Source of the DNA: Minisyncoccia bacterium
Lineage (GTDB): Bacteria; Patescibacteriota; Minisyncoccia; SW-4-49-11
NCBI GenBank assembly: GCA_044356725.1
Contig: JBIKVS010000008.1
Coordinates: 1-49,865 of the forward strand
Reading direction: 5' to 3'
Length of the DNA stretch: 49,865 nucleotides
The translations under genes and the position numbers were made by a program. Within the stretch, counting starts at the first letter, position 1, and every line of letters begins with the position of its first letter. The notes beneath the pieces are model-generated. The model did no database searches. It saw only the letters and a list, made by a program, of their open reading frames with translations, and was not told where the DNA came from. Of this stretch, positions 1 through 8,136 are shown in pieces.

Positions 1-33
1 TTTTACCCTTTCTTCTATATCTATATGTTTCAT
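1..33 (-). CDS. Possible N-terminus of a gene running off the window edge (MKHIDIEERVK...)
   Basis: ATG at 33-31, open to position 1; AT-rich upstream region with a TATAAT-like box. Confidence 0.3.
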   Translation of the reverse strand, partial: MKHIDIEERVK

Positions 34-130
34 ATATTCTATTTCTTAGCTTATTCTTGCCACTACTTATTTATTATATACCCTAGTGGTGCTTTTGATT
101 ATAGAATATGCGATTCCTTAAGAAAAAATT

Positions 131-168
131 ATAAAAACGACTCCCCCTGAGACTAAGTCATCAGGGGG
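131..168 (-). terminator. Intrinsic terminator downstream of the 377-aa ORF
   Basis: CCCCCTGA...TCAGGGGG stem (143-168) followed by a T-tract on the minus strand. Confidence 0.7.
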
Positions 169-249
169 TTGAAAGGACATGGATCAAGTTGTAGTAAATA
201 TTCAGTTTTTCAGACTAACTCCCAGCCTCCAAGGGAGAGTTTTATGGTT

Positions 250-1383
250 TTAGAATCTAAACCCCAACCGGGCTGTGGCAGCTAGGCCATTGCCAGAGGT
301 ACCGACATTGTAGCCGACAACACCCTCGGCATAGGCATTCCTGCCGATACCGACCTGGAGACCACCACCCACTTGGACGTTATGGTAACCAGAGCCAATC
401 TCGCCCCGCACTTCCACGAATGGCTTCAGTTGACCATTTTTGGTCAGGTAATACCGGCCGTAGCCATTTGCATAGGCTCCGGTGTTGTTCACACCGACCT
501 CGGCATAGGCCTCGACTTGAGCCGTACGATACCAGACACCAGCTTGAACATCGTATGCCCAGCCGGACTGTCCGGAGACAGTGGTGGCAGCCTCACCCTT
601 GAGATGAACGGTGAGCTGTTGGCTCTCCGTCCGGATGAGGTCCCGCTCAATGCGAGCACGCAAACCCACTTGGGTGAGGGGCTTGGGAGCATTCTTCCAG
701 GTATAGGAGTAAGGATACTCTGTACCAGGAAGACTCTTACCAGAGCCAGAGTCTTTGTGAGTCAGCTGGCGCACGAAGGCGTTCACTGACCACCGGGTGC
801 GAGCATCTTTGGTGGCTCCATGGCGCCCCACCCAGAATTCTGAGCGGGTGTCAGTGTAATCCCCTTTAAACACATCAGTAGCATTACGACCACTGAACGT
901 GCCCGAAGAGTCCACATGCTGGACTCCGAACATCCAGCCACCCTTGGTGACCAGCTCGGCCTTCACATCGAAGGTCGTATCCCGCGGACGGGAACGGACT
1001 TCCGTGTGAATCCTAATTGGCTTCCATAGCTCCACAGCTTGTTGCTGAGGGAGAGCTCCCTCAGGACGAATCAAGTCCGTCCTGGGAGTTGTGACCAGCT
1101 TCTCCTGAGGATCAGCTGGATCAGGAATTGCCGACATTACGGGCGGCGGACCGGGCTCCGAATCAGCCTGTCCACTAATGCGAGCACGCATAGCTCGCAA
1201 TTCAGCCAACTGCTCTTGAGGAGAAGCTGGCTTGGCCTCAAGAGCAATGGGAGTATTATTGACGACCGCGGAGGTCGCCGATTGAGGGGCTGAAAGCTTC
1301 AACTCCTCCGCCTTGACGCCCATAGGGGCACCAATCAACGGAAAAACCAATGCAAACAGTCCCAAGATGGTACGCTTTTTCAT
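250..1383 (-). CDS. Secreted high-GC protein, predicted outer-membrane beta-barrel-like
   Basis: Signal peptide (MKKRTILGLFALVFPLIGAPMGVKA), Pro-rich linker, many alternating amphipathic strands, C-terminus ...ARLGFRF, AGGAGGT SD upstream. Confidence 0.7.
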   Translation of the reverse strand: MKKRTILGLFALVFPLIGAPMGVKAEELKLSAPQSATSAVVNNTPIALEAKPASPQEQLAELRAMRARISGQADSEPGPPPVMSAIPDPADPQEKLVTTPRTDLIRPEGALPQQQAVELWKPIRIHTEVRSRPRDTTFDVKAELVTKGGWMFGVQHVDSSGTFSGRNATDVFKGDYTDTRSEFWVGRHGATKDARTRWSVNAFVRQLTHKDSGSGKSLPGTEYPYSYTWKNAPKPLTQVGLRARIERDLIRTESQQLTVHLKGEAATTVSGQSGWAYDVQAGVWYRTAQVEAYAEVGVNNTGAYANGYGRYYLTKNGQLKPFVEVRGEIGSGYHNVQVGGGLQVGIGRNAYAEGVVGYNVGTSGNGLAATARLGFRF

Positions 1384-1410
1384 AGCGACCTCCTGAGAAA
1401 GAACTCTCGC

Positions 1411-1439
1411 ATACTAGCATAAAAAGACCATTTTGTCAA
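1411..1439 (-). promoter_or_regulatory. sigma70 promoter for the 377-aa ORF
   Basis: TTGACA-17 nt-TAGTAT with extended TG. Confidence 0.75.
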
Positions 1440-1474
1440 TATATAACAACATCTATACAAAAAGTAAAAGAATA

Positions 1475-1500
1475 AAAAACCCCCACACGAATGCAGGGGT
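1475..1500 (-). terminator. Intrinsic terminator of the 87-aa ORF
   Basis: Minus strand ACCCCTGCA-TTCG-TGTGGGGGT followed by a T-run; G-U pairs make it minus-strand specific. Confidence 0.7.
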
Positions 1501-1534
1501 GGTTGATGGGTGAAGCTTCAGTTGAGGACTAACC

Positions 1535-1798
1535 TCAGCGAAGCTCCACCTGATGGATATAGCCGTACTTCCCGTTGGGAAAGTCGGAAGGGTGCCCCCC
1601 TCCTTTGTAGACGCAGGTCCCGCCATAGCGGGCCTGTGCCTCCTGGCAGGTGTTCACCCCAGAGGGGACGGACAGGGGTTCGCGCCCCGCGACCTCGATG
1701 AGGTCGGGGAGGGCTCCCGCCTGAGACATGGCGGGAGCCATAGCGAAGATTCCGGAAGCCAGCAGGATGCTGGAGAAGATGTTGGTAATGGGTACCAT
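1535..1798 (-). CDS. Small secreted high-GC protein with two Cys
   Basis: Signal peptide ...GIFAMAPAMSQA, GGAG SD, own promoter and terminator. Confidence 0.7.
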   Translation of the reverse strand: MVPITNIFSSILLASGIFAMAPAMSQAGALPDLIEVAGREPLSVPSGVNTCQEAQARYGGTCVYKGGGHPSDFPNGKYGYIHQVELR

Positions 1799-1834
1799 GG
1801 ATGGATTACTCCATTAGGTAGGGTTTACGACGCT

Positions 1835-1863
1835 ACTATAGCATATTTTATCAATTTTGTCAA
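1835..1863 (-). promoter_or_regulatory. sigma70 promoter for the 87-aa ORF
   Basis: TTGACA-17 nt-TATAGT with extended TG. Confidence 0.75.
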
Positions 1864-1874
1864 GAGATTAGAGC

Positions 1875-1906
1875 AAAAAAAATACCGGTAGCTATTTACT
1901 ACCGGC
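1875..1906 (-). terminator. Intrinsic terminator of the 135-aa ORF
   Basis: CCGGTAG/CTACCGG stem (1885-1905) followed by T8 on the minus strand. Confidence 0.75.
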
Positions 1907-1929
1907 TTAAGATAAAATTGATTAAAATA

Positions 1930-2337
1930 TTAATTGCAGAGAATACGGATATGCTTATCCTGGTAGACACATCCAGAATTATTCTGCCAAATCGGCCTAG
2001 GATGACGCCGTTGTTGATTATTATACTGCCAGCCTGGATTTGAATACCTGCTATAAGGAATCGAACGTACATAATGAGTTCTTGTACGACCATCCCATCG
2101 GTCATATTGACAAGAAAGACCTTGTGAATGAACCCATCCACAGGTATCTGTGTTGGGAGGAAGATTATTGGTTAATATTCTTCCATTATAAATGACGGTA
2201 TCTCCCCCAAACTGATTTTGTTGCCAGTGATGGTTATGAGTTGGAGGATAATACCCTCCTCCGTAATTTTGAGCCAAGGCAGAAGAAGGAGTAACCAGTG
2301 AAGCTACTGTCACCAAAGAACAGATTAGCCTTTGCAT
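1930..2337 (-). CDS. Small secreted Gly/Tyr/Asn/Gln-rich protein with Cys pairs
   Basis: Signal peptide MQRLICSLVTVASLVTPSSALA-Q, own promoter and terminator, GC intermediate between its neighbours and the genome. Confidence 0.7.
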   Translation of the reverse strand: MQRLICSLVTVASLVTPSSALAQNYGGGYYPPTHNHHWQQNQFGGDTVIYNGRILTNNLPPNTDTCGWVHSQGLSCQYDRWDGRTRTHYVRSIPYSRYSNPGWQYNNQQRRHPRPIWQNNSGCVYQDKHIRILCN

Positions 2338-2366
2338 GAGAGGAAACCCTATTAGAGTGCTATTTC

Positions 2367-2395
2367 ACCATATCATATATTCACCTGAATATCAA
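2367..2395 (-). promoter_or_regulatory. sigma70 promoter for the 135-aa ORF
   Basis: TTGATA-17 nt-TATGGT with extended TG. Confidence 0.6.
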
Positions 2396-2398
2396 GCC

Positions 2399-2432
2399 AA
2401 AAGAAAAAGCCGCCAGCACTGGACTGGCGGCT
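2399..2432 (-). terminator. Intrinsic terminator of the 275-aa ORF
   Basis: AGCCGCCAG/CTGGCGGCT stem (2408-2432) followed by a T-tract on the minus strand. Confidence 0.8.
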
Positions 2433-2449
2433 AGTTTGTGAATGAGGGG

Positions 2450-3277
2450 TCACTGCGCCTGATAGGCGTAGGGTCCGACGGGAGCCGGGGCATTGCCATC
2501 AAGCTTGATGACGTTACCGCGAAGCCTGGCGGCCCCCACTGTGGACCAGGCTTGGAGCTGATTGCTTCCATTCGCCTTGTAGGCGAATTGGAAGATTTGA
2601 CCCGGCTGGACCGGGAGACACCAGCTATTGCTACTCACCTTGGTGAGGGGAACCACTTGTGCGGATCCGCTTCCTCCATCCACAACCCCGACGGGAGTGG
2701 TGGATGCAAGGAGACGCCCCACATTAACGAGTCCCTTGGGACCGCCAGTGGCAAGGCCAACCCCTGGACGAATGCCCCCAGCTCCCGAGAAGGAGACTGA
2801 GTTCAGCTCCGAGGGGAGCTGAAGGCAAGCCTGCCCCCCTTGCACCGCCACCGTGAAGGAGCTGTTGGCTCCATTGGTGGTGATCGGAGCAACAAGCGCG
2901 AAGGTACGCGCATTTTTGAAGGCCTCCGCACCATCGCAGGCGAGTGCATCACCCTGGCAGTTACCCGCGATGATGCGAGCAGCCCAGCCGGTAGGGATAC
3001 CGTTGAGCTGCTCAACCTTCAGCCAACTCCCGTCTGGACGACGGAAATTGCCAAAGATCGAGGCCGCCCCGATATCCCCGGGGATGGTAACCTTGCCACC
3101 CCGAACGGGATAGCTTTGCCCCCACCCCTGCCCGAAGAGGACAAAGGTGGTGCCATCGGGCACGCCCGATGGGGCTGGGAGAGTATACTCTCTCCCCTGT
3201 GCCATCACAGGAATGGCGATTGCGACGAGGGCCAGAGCGGCCCCAATCAGATTGAAAATGTTCATATGCCGAGGCAT
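2450..3277 (-). CDS. Secreted high-GC beta-rich protein (start may be ATG 3265)
   Basis: Signal peptide ...GAALALVAIAIPVMA-Q, Gly-rich beta strands, four Cys, own promoter and terminator. Confidence 0.75.
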   Translation of the reverse strand: MPRHMNIFNLIGAALALVAIAIPVMAQGREYTLPAPSGVPDGTTFVLFGQGWGQSYPVRGGKVTIPGDIGAASIFGNFRRPDGSWLKVEQLNGIPTGWAARIIAGNCQGDALACDGAEAFKNARTFALVAPITTNGANSSFTVAVQGGQACLQLPSELNSVSFSGAGGIRPGVGLATGGPKGLVNVGRLLASTTPVGVVDGGSGSAQVVPLTKVSSNSWCLPVQPGQIFQFAYKANGSNQLQAWSTVGAARLRGNVIKLDGNAPAPVGPYAYQAQ

Positions 3278-3290
3278 AAGGTTCTGTGTG

Positions 3291-3319
3291 ATAATAGCAT
3301 AAAATAGCTATTTTGTCAA
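3291..3319 (-). promoter_or_regulatory. sigma70 promoter for the 275-aa ORF
   Basis: TTGACA-17 nt-TATTAT with extended TG. Confidence 0.75.
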
Positions 3320-3343
3320 TAAGCAATAAATAGTTTATAATAT

Positions 3344-4615
3344 ATGCATATGAAACAATCTATTGCTATCTTAATTACTAATTTTGAAGGAGGTGGAGCT
3401 CAAAAAGTAGCTCTTACTCATGCCTATATGTTTCAAAATTTAGGTTATAATGTACATATAATAGCTATTGAGCATCAAGAGTCATATCATATTCCTGATG
3501 ATTTTTCAGTGCATTTTTTAAGTTCTATGCAAGGACAGGGTTCAAAATTAAAAAAATTACTACTATCCCCTACTTTACCCTTTAAGTTAGCTAATTATCT
3601 TAAAAAGAATAAAATTAATCTCTGTATTAGCCATCTTGAAAGAGCTGATTTTGTAAATATATTAGCTAAATTTATTAATAAACATAAAACTATTGCTGTT
3701 ATTCATTCTCATCTTACTTCCACTTATAAAACTGAAAAGATTTCATTTAGTCGTATGGCTTATAAAATTTTAGTGCAGATATTAGAGCCTTTCAACAATA
3801 AAATTATAGCTGTCTCTAATGGTATTGCCGATGATTTGATTCGACTAGGATTACCTAAAAACAAAATACAAGTCATTCTAAATCCATTTGATATCAATTA
3901 TATCAGACATCAAGCTCAGGTTCAATTAGAAAAATATGTAGAAATTTTTAATAATGACACTATTATTTCAATTGGAAGATTATCTAATCAGAAAGGATTA
4001 TGGCATAGTATACTTGCTTTTAATCAAATAAAAAAATCTAATCCTACTCTAAAATACATAATCCTAGGGGATGGTCCATTACGAGAATATCATCTAAAAT
4101 TAGCCAATGATTTAGGTTTATCTGTTTATAATATATGGGATCAGGAGCAAGTATTCTCACCAGAAAATGATGTGTTTTTCCTAGGATTTCAAGCTAATCC
4201 ATTTCAATTTATAGATAAATCTAAAATACTAATACTACCGTCTCATTTTGAGGGTTTGCCCAATGTACTTGTAGAGAGCTTGATTATAGGTACACCTGTT
4301 ATTGCTACTGATGTGGATGCAGGACCTCGTGAATTACTAGCCCCAAATACGGATATTAACTATAAGACTAAATCTTTAGAAAAAGCTGAGTACGGTATTA
4401 TTGTTCCCGTTGATACAAATCAATTTCTAAAATTAGATTATTCAAAATTATCTACATCGGAAGAATATATTAAAAAAGCTATTGATTTACTATTAAATAA
4501 TCAACATTTAAGAGATACTTATATAAATAAATCTAAGACTAGAGTTAATGATTTTGCAATAGAGCGAATTATTCCTCAGTGGAAGACACTTCTGGAGTCT
4601 GTTTTGAGTAAATAG
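3344..4615 (+). CDS. Glycosyltransferase family 4 (GT-B)
   Basis: GGGAQKV, IGRLSNQKG, GFQANPF and EGLPNVLVE motifs. Confidence 0.9.
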   Translation: MHMKQSIAILITNFEGGGAQKVALTHAYMFQNLGYNVHIIAIEHQESYHIPDDFSVHFLSSMQGQGSKLKKLLLSPTLPFKLANYLKKNKINLCISHLERADFVNILAKFINKHKTIAVIHSHLTSTYKTEKISFSRMAYKILVQILEPFNNKIIAVSNGIADDLIRLGLPKNKIQVILNPFDINYIRHQAQVQLEKYVEIFNNDTIISIGRLSNQKGLWHSILAFNQIKKSNPTLKYIILGDGPLREYHLKLANDLGLSVYNIWDQEQVFSPENDVFFLGFQANPFQFIDKSKILILPSHFEGLPNVLVESLIIGTPVIATDVDAGPRELLAPNTDINYKTKSLEKAEYGIIVPVDTNQFLKLDYSKLSTSEEYIKKAIDLLLNNQHLRDTYINKSKTRVNDFAIERIIPQWKTLLESVLSK

Positions 4616-5978
4616 TATAATATTTAAAAGCAACTCCCAATATAGCAAAGAATATCCACATCACTGCTGTTTGACGCAATAAATTATCCCAAATACTAGA
4701 CAGATATATAGATACAGTTATAAATGTTACAATTAATAAAAATGTGTCTTGCTTTGAGTAAATTCTTATAGCTAGGCTATATAAAATAGATATAATAAAT
4801 AAAATATAAGTTACTAACCCCAAAACTCCCATTTCAACAAATATTTTGATATAGTCATTATGTACTTCTAATGAACCTAGAGACACTCCTCTAACCTCCT
4901 CTACAATAGTCTCAATAGTTCCTGTCCCAAATCCAGTCAATGGCTGTGTAAGTGCCTTATTATACATATCTGACCACATAACTTGTCTCCAAATTATAGA
5001 ATCACTAGGGTCTCCGTTGAATAATCCAACAATCCTAGCAATAATTGGTATATCTTCTATTGGTGTTAATTCATACAAAATGGTTTGTTGTAGCCAAAAA
5101 TATGTTGATAATAATATAGTTATAATGGGTATCATTAAACTAGTATAGATAATAGTTTTTTTAGGGAATTTTATCAAGCCAACTCCTATCAATAATATAA
5201 ATAGTCCAATCCAGGCACCTCTTGTATAGGTAGCTATAAGCAATATAGTTAATAAAATACCATAGACTATAAAAATATATTTTATGGTATTATTAAGAAG
5301 ATTTTTTTCAAATAATAAATATACCAATAAAGATATTATAATCAATAGAAAATACCCTAAAACATTTGGATGGCCAAAAGTACCAGCAATACGATTTTCA
5401 AAGCCTGGATTAGTGTATAGACCTGATCCATTAAAAAGCTGTATATAACCTACTGTGGTAGGAATTATTGATGAGGCAATGACAATTTTAATAAAATTAA
5501 TACAATCTAATCGAGACTGTATTATAATATAACCTGTGAAATACATAATTAAAAATGATAATACCCTTACAAGTTCGTTAATAGATATTATTGGATAATT
5601 TGATAGCCCAGAAAATAATATATATACACAAAATAATAATATAAATATAAAACTCAATGGGATTGAAAATATATATTGCTTGGATTTATATATAATAATT
5701 AAGCTAACTATAATAGATAAAGTAGCGACTAAACCAGCAATGTTAATAGATGTAAACTCCGGAAATAAAGTAAGACTATATTGACCAAAAATATCTAAAG
5801 AAGGTCTAATTAGTAATAAGAAGTAGAATAAAATATTTATAGATAATCTAAATAAAGTTAGTATCAATATAAAAGTAGCAATGAAAATAAATGTTGCTAT
5901 ATTACTATTCAAAAATAATGCCAATATTCCTATTACTCCCCCCAACACCAAAATAATCTTAGAATTTATTTGAGTCAT
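4569..5978 (-). CDS. O-antigen ligase/polymerase (Wzy_C/WaaL-like) membrane protein
   Basis: Many TM helices; RIAGTFGHPN, TYTRGAW, GFGTG and HNDY motifs. Confidence 0.9.
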   Translation of the reverse strand: MTQINSKIILVLGGVIGILALFLNSNIATFIFIATFILILTLFRLSINILFYFLLLIRPSLDIFGQYSLTLFPEFTSINIAGLVATLSIIVSLIIIYKSKQYIFSIPLSFIFILLFCVYILFSGLSNYPIISINELVRVLSFLIMYFTGYIIIQSRLDCINFIKIVIASSIIPTTVGYIQLFNGSGLYTNPGFENRIAGTFGHPNVLGYFLLIIISLLVYLLFEKNLLNNTIKYIFIVYGILLTILLIATYTRGAWIGLFILLIGVGLIKFPKKTIIYTSLMIPIITILLSTYFWLQQTILYELTPIEDIPIIARIVGLFNGDPSDSIIWRQVMWSDMYNKALTQPLTGFGTGTIETIVEEVRGVSLGSLEVHNDYIKIFVEMGVLGLVTYILFIISILYSLAIRIYSKQDTFLLIVTFITVSIYLSSIWDNLLRQTAVMWIFFAILGVAFKYYTIYSKQTPEVSSTEE

Positions 5979-6711
5979 ATTCAGTGTCTGGGGTAATAGT
6001 TGGAGTTGGTTCTAGATTAATCACAGGGTTTTGAGCTAGTTCAACATCATCAGGAATTGGTGGAGAAGCTATATCGTCAACTCCAAAATCATATATAATT
6101 GCTTGATCTCTGCGACTGACTACATAGGCTATAGCTACAATAAATCCTAATATAGCTGATCCAAATAAATTAAGAATTATATTAGGTCTACCCACTCCTT
6201 CATACAGAGCTGGCTGATTTACTACTTGTATATCAGCAGTCTCTCCTAAGAGAGACTTAGCCTGATCAGTTAATTTATTCACCACTATTTTATTCATATT
6301 GAGAGCCAATTCAGATGATTTATCATAAGTATCTACTGAGATAAAACCAGTTCCCCTAGACCTTGCAACTATATTTCTTGCAAATAAAGTTCGTCTATCT
6401 TTTAAATTATCTGGAAATAAATTTTTAATCTCTGCACTTTCTGTAGCAAAATTAGTGAAAAATACATCAGTGTAAACTAAATCTATAAGCAAGTTCACAC
6501 TTGCATCAACCGATCTTTGAGCTGTATAAGAGTCAATATTAGGGTTGGCTTTTTGTAAAACTACTAGTTGTGATTCTGCTCTATACTGTTTTGGTAAGAC
6601 TAAAGTAATTCCTAAACCAACTAAAGTAAATAGCAAAGTTATAATTACAATTGTATTAAATTTTCTTTGTATTTTAGTAGCTATTTCAACAAGAGTTAGA
6701 TTGGAATTCAT
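5959..6711 (-). CDS. Polysaccharide chain-length determinant (Wzz/CapA-like)
   Basis: Two TM helices; PKQYRA after TM1; RPN before the Gly-rich TM2. Confidence 0.8.
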   Translation of the reverse strand: MNSNLTLVEIATKIQRKFNTIVIITLLFTLVGLGITLVLPKQYRAESQLVVLQKANPNIDSYTAQRSVDASVNLLIDLVYTDVFFTNFATESAEIKNLFPDNLKDRRTLFARNIVARSRGTGFISVDTYDKSSELALNMNKIVVNKLTDQAKSLLGETADIQVVNQPALYEGVGRPNIILNLFGSAILGFIVAIAYVVSRRDQAIIYDFGVDDIASPPIPDDVELAQNPVINLEPTPTITPDTEYDSNKF

Positions 6712-6783
6712 TATAGTAATTTTATATTATATCGTGAATTAATAATAACATAAAAATATAATATAGTAAAATATACAAAAAAA

Positions 6784-6812
6784 TTGACTTTATCTTGAAT
6801 TTATGATATTAT
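6784..6812 (+). promoter_or_regulatory. Promoter of rpmE-prfA-prmC
   Basis: TTGACT-17 nt-TATTAT with extended TG. Confidence 0.65.
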
Positions 6813-6846
6813 TTTAGACAATTACATAATACTTAATGCAATTACT

Positions 6847-7068
6847 ATGAAATCAGGAATTCACCCTAACTACTCTTATACTACTGTTAAATGTATCTCT
6901 TGTTCTACCGAGTTTACTATTGGATCTGTTCGTGAGATTGGATCAGTGGAAGTTTGTTCCAAATGTCATCCTTTTTATACTGGAAAAAGAACTCTTGTTG
7001 ATACTGCTGGAAGAGTAGAAAAATTCAGAGCTAAATTAGAGAAAAAAGAACAACTATCTAATAAATAA
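6847..7068 (+). CDS. rpmE: 50S ribosomal protein L31 (Zn-binding type)
   Basis: MKSGIHPNY, CxxC...[10 protein letters not shown]. Confidence 0.97.
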   Translation: MKSGIHPNYSYTTVKCISCSTEFTIGSVREIGSVEVCSKCHPFYTGKRTLVDTAGRVEKFRAKLEKKEQLSNK

Positions 7069-7092
7069 ACTTTTCATTACTAAAGATAAAAT

Positions 7093-8136
7093 ATGAGTAA
7101 TTCTTTAGTAGATTTACAAAAAGAATATGCTGATTTGTCGGCACAAATGTCTGACCCTCAGATATTTGCTAGCCCAGATTTTGTGAGTATTTCTAAGAAG
7201 CATACTGAAATTGGACATAAAGTTGAATTATTAGAAAGTATTGAAGCTCTTAAAATTCAAATTGTGGAAGCAGAGAGTCTATTGCAAGACCCTGAATTGA
7301 AGGAAATAGCTGAAGAAGAATTAGTGAAACTTCAATCTGAATTAGATGACAAGCAAAATATTTGGACAGATTTAATAACCCCAAAAGAAACTTTTGCGGA
7401 TGAGATTATTATTGAACTAAGAGCTGGAGCTGGTGGAGATGAAGCTGGTTTATTTGCACTAGAGCTATTCAAAGCCTATATTACATTTTTACAAAAAAAT
7501 GGGGCTAAAACTGAAATATTATCTATTTCGGAAAACTCCGTGGGAGGAATAAAAGAAGTAATAGTCGAAGCTAGAGGGCCAGAAGTTTATAAATACCTTC
7601 AATATGAAAGTGGAGTACATAGAGTTCAGAGAGTCCCAAAGACAGAAAAAGCTGGACGAGTGCATACTTCTACCATAACAGTGGCTGTCTTACCAATAGC
7701 TAAAGAAGTGGATATTGATATCAATCCAAATGACTTAAAAATTGATGTTTTTCGCTCTAGTGGACCTGGAGGACAAAGTGTTAATACAACAGACTCAGCC
7801 GTTAGAATTACTCATATCCCTACCAATATAGTGGTCTCTTGTCAAGATGAAAAATCTCAACTCAAGAACAAAGATAAAGCTATGAAAATCTTGCGGACCA
7901 GAATTTTAGACCAAATGAAACAGGAACAATTTGAAAAGGAATCAGCTTTTCGTAAAGACCAGATTGGAACTGGAGATAGATCAGAGAAAATACGAACTTA
8001 TAATTTCCCTCAAGATAGGATTACGGACCACAGAATTAAACAAAACTTCTCCAATATTGAAGGGGTATTATTGGGAGACTTTAGTATTATTCTAACAGCT
8101 TTTGATGAATATAAAAGAAATCAACCAACAGATTAA
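7093..8136 (+). CDS. prfA: Peptide chain release factor 1
   Basis: GGQ motif and PKT (PxT) discriminator. Confidence 0.97.
   Translation: MSNSLVDLQKEYADLSAQMSDPQIFASPDFVSISKKHTEIGHKVELLESIEALKIQIVEAESLLQDPELKEIAEEELVKLQSELDDKQNIWTDLITPKETFADEIIIELRAGAGGDEAGLFALELFKAYITFLQKNGAKTEILSISENSVGGIKEVIVEARGPEVYKYLQYESGVHRVQRVPKTEKAGRVHTSTITVAVLPIAKEVDIDINPNDLKIDVFRSSGPGGQSVNTTDSAVRITHIPTNIVVSCQDEKSQLKNKDKAMKILRTRILDQMKQEQFEKESAFRKDQIGTGDRSEKIRTYNFPQDRITDHRIKQNFSNIEGVLLGDFSIILTAFDEYKRNQPTD

Noticed and set aside
131-3320. Integron cassette array or prophage/IS origin
   Set aside because: The intergenic hairpins are unrelated to each other and look like terminators rather than attC sites; each gene has its own promoter; no integrase, transposase or phage gene is visible
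373-3326. Numerous alternative ORFs in the high-GC region (373-789, 1553-1891, 2438-2800, 2840-3307, 3012-3326 and others)
   Set aside because: Shadow frames caused by stop-codon scarcity at high GC; promoters, terminators and signal peptides all support the four chosen minus-strand ORFs
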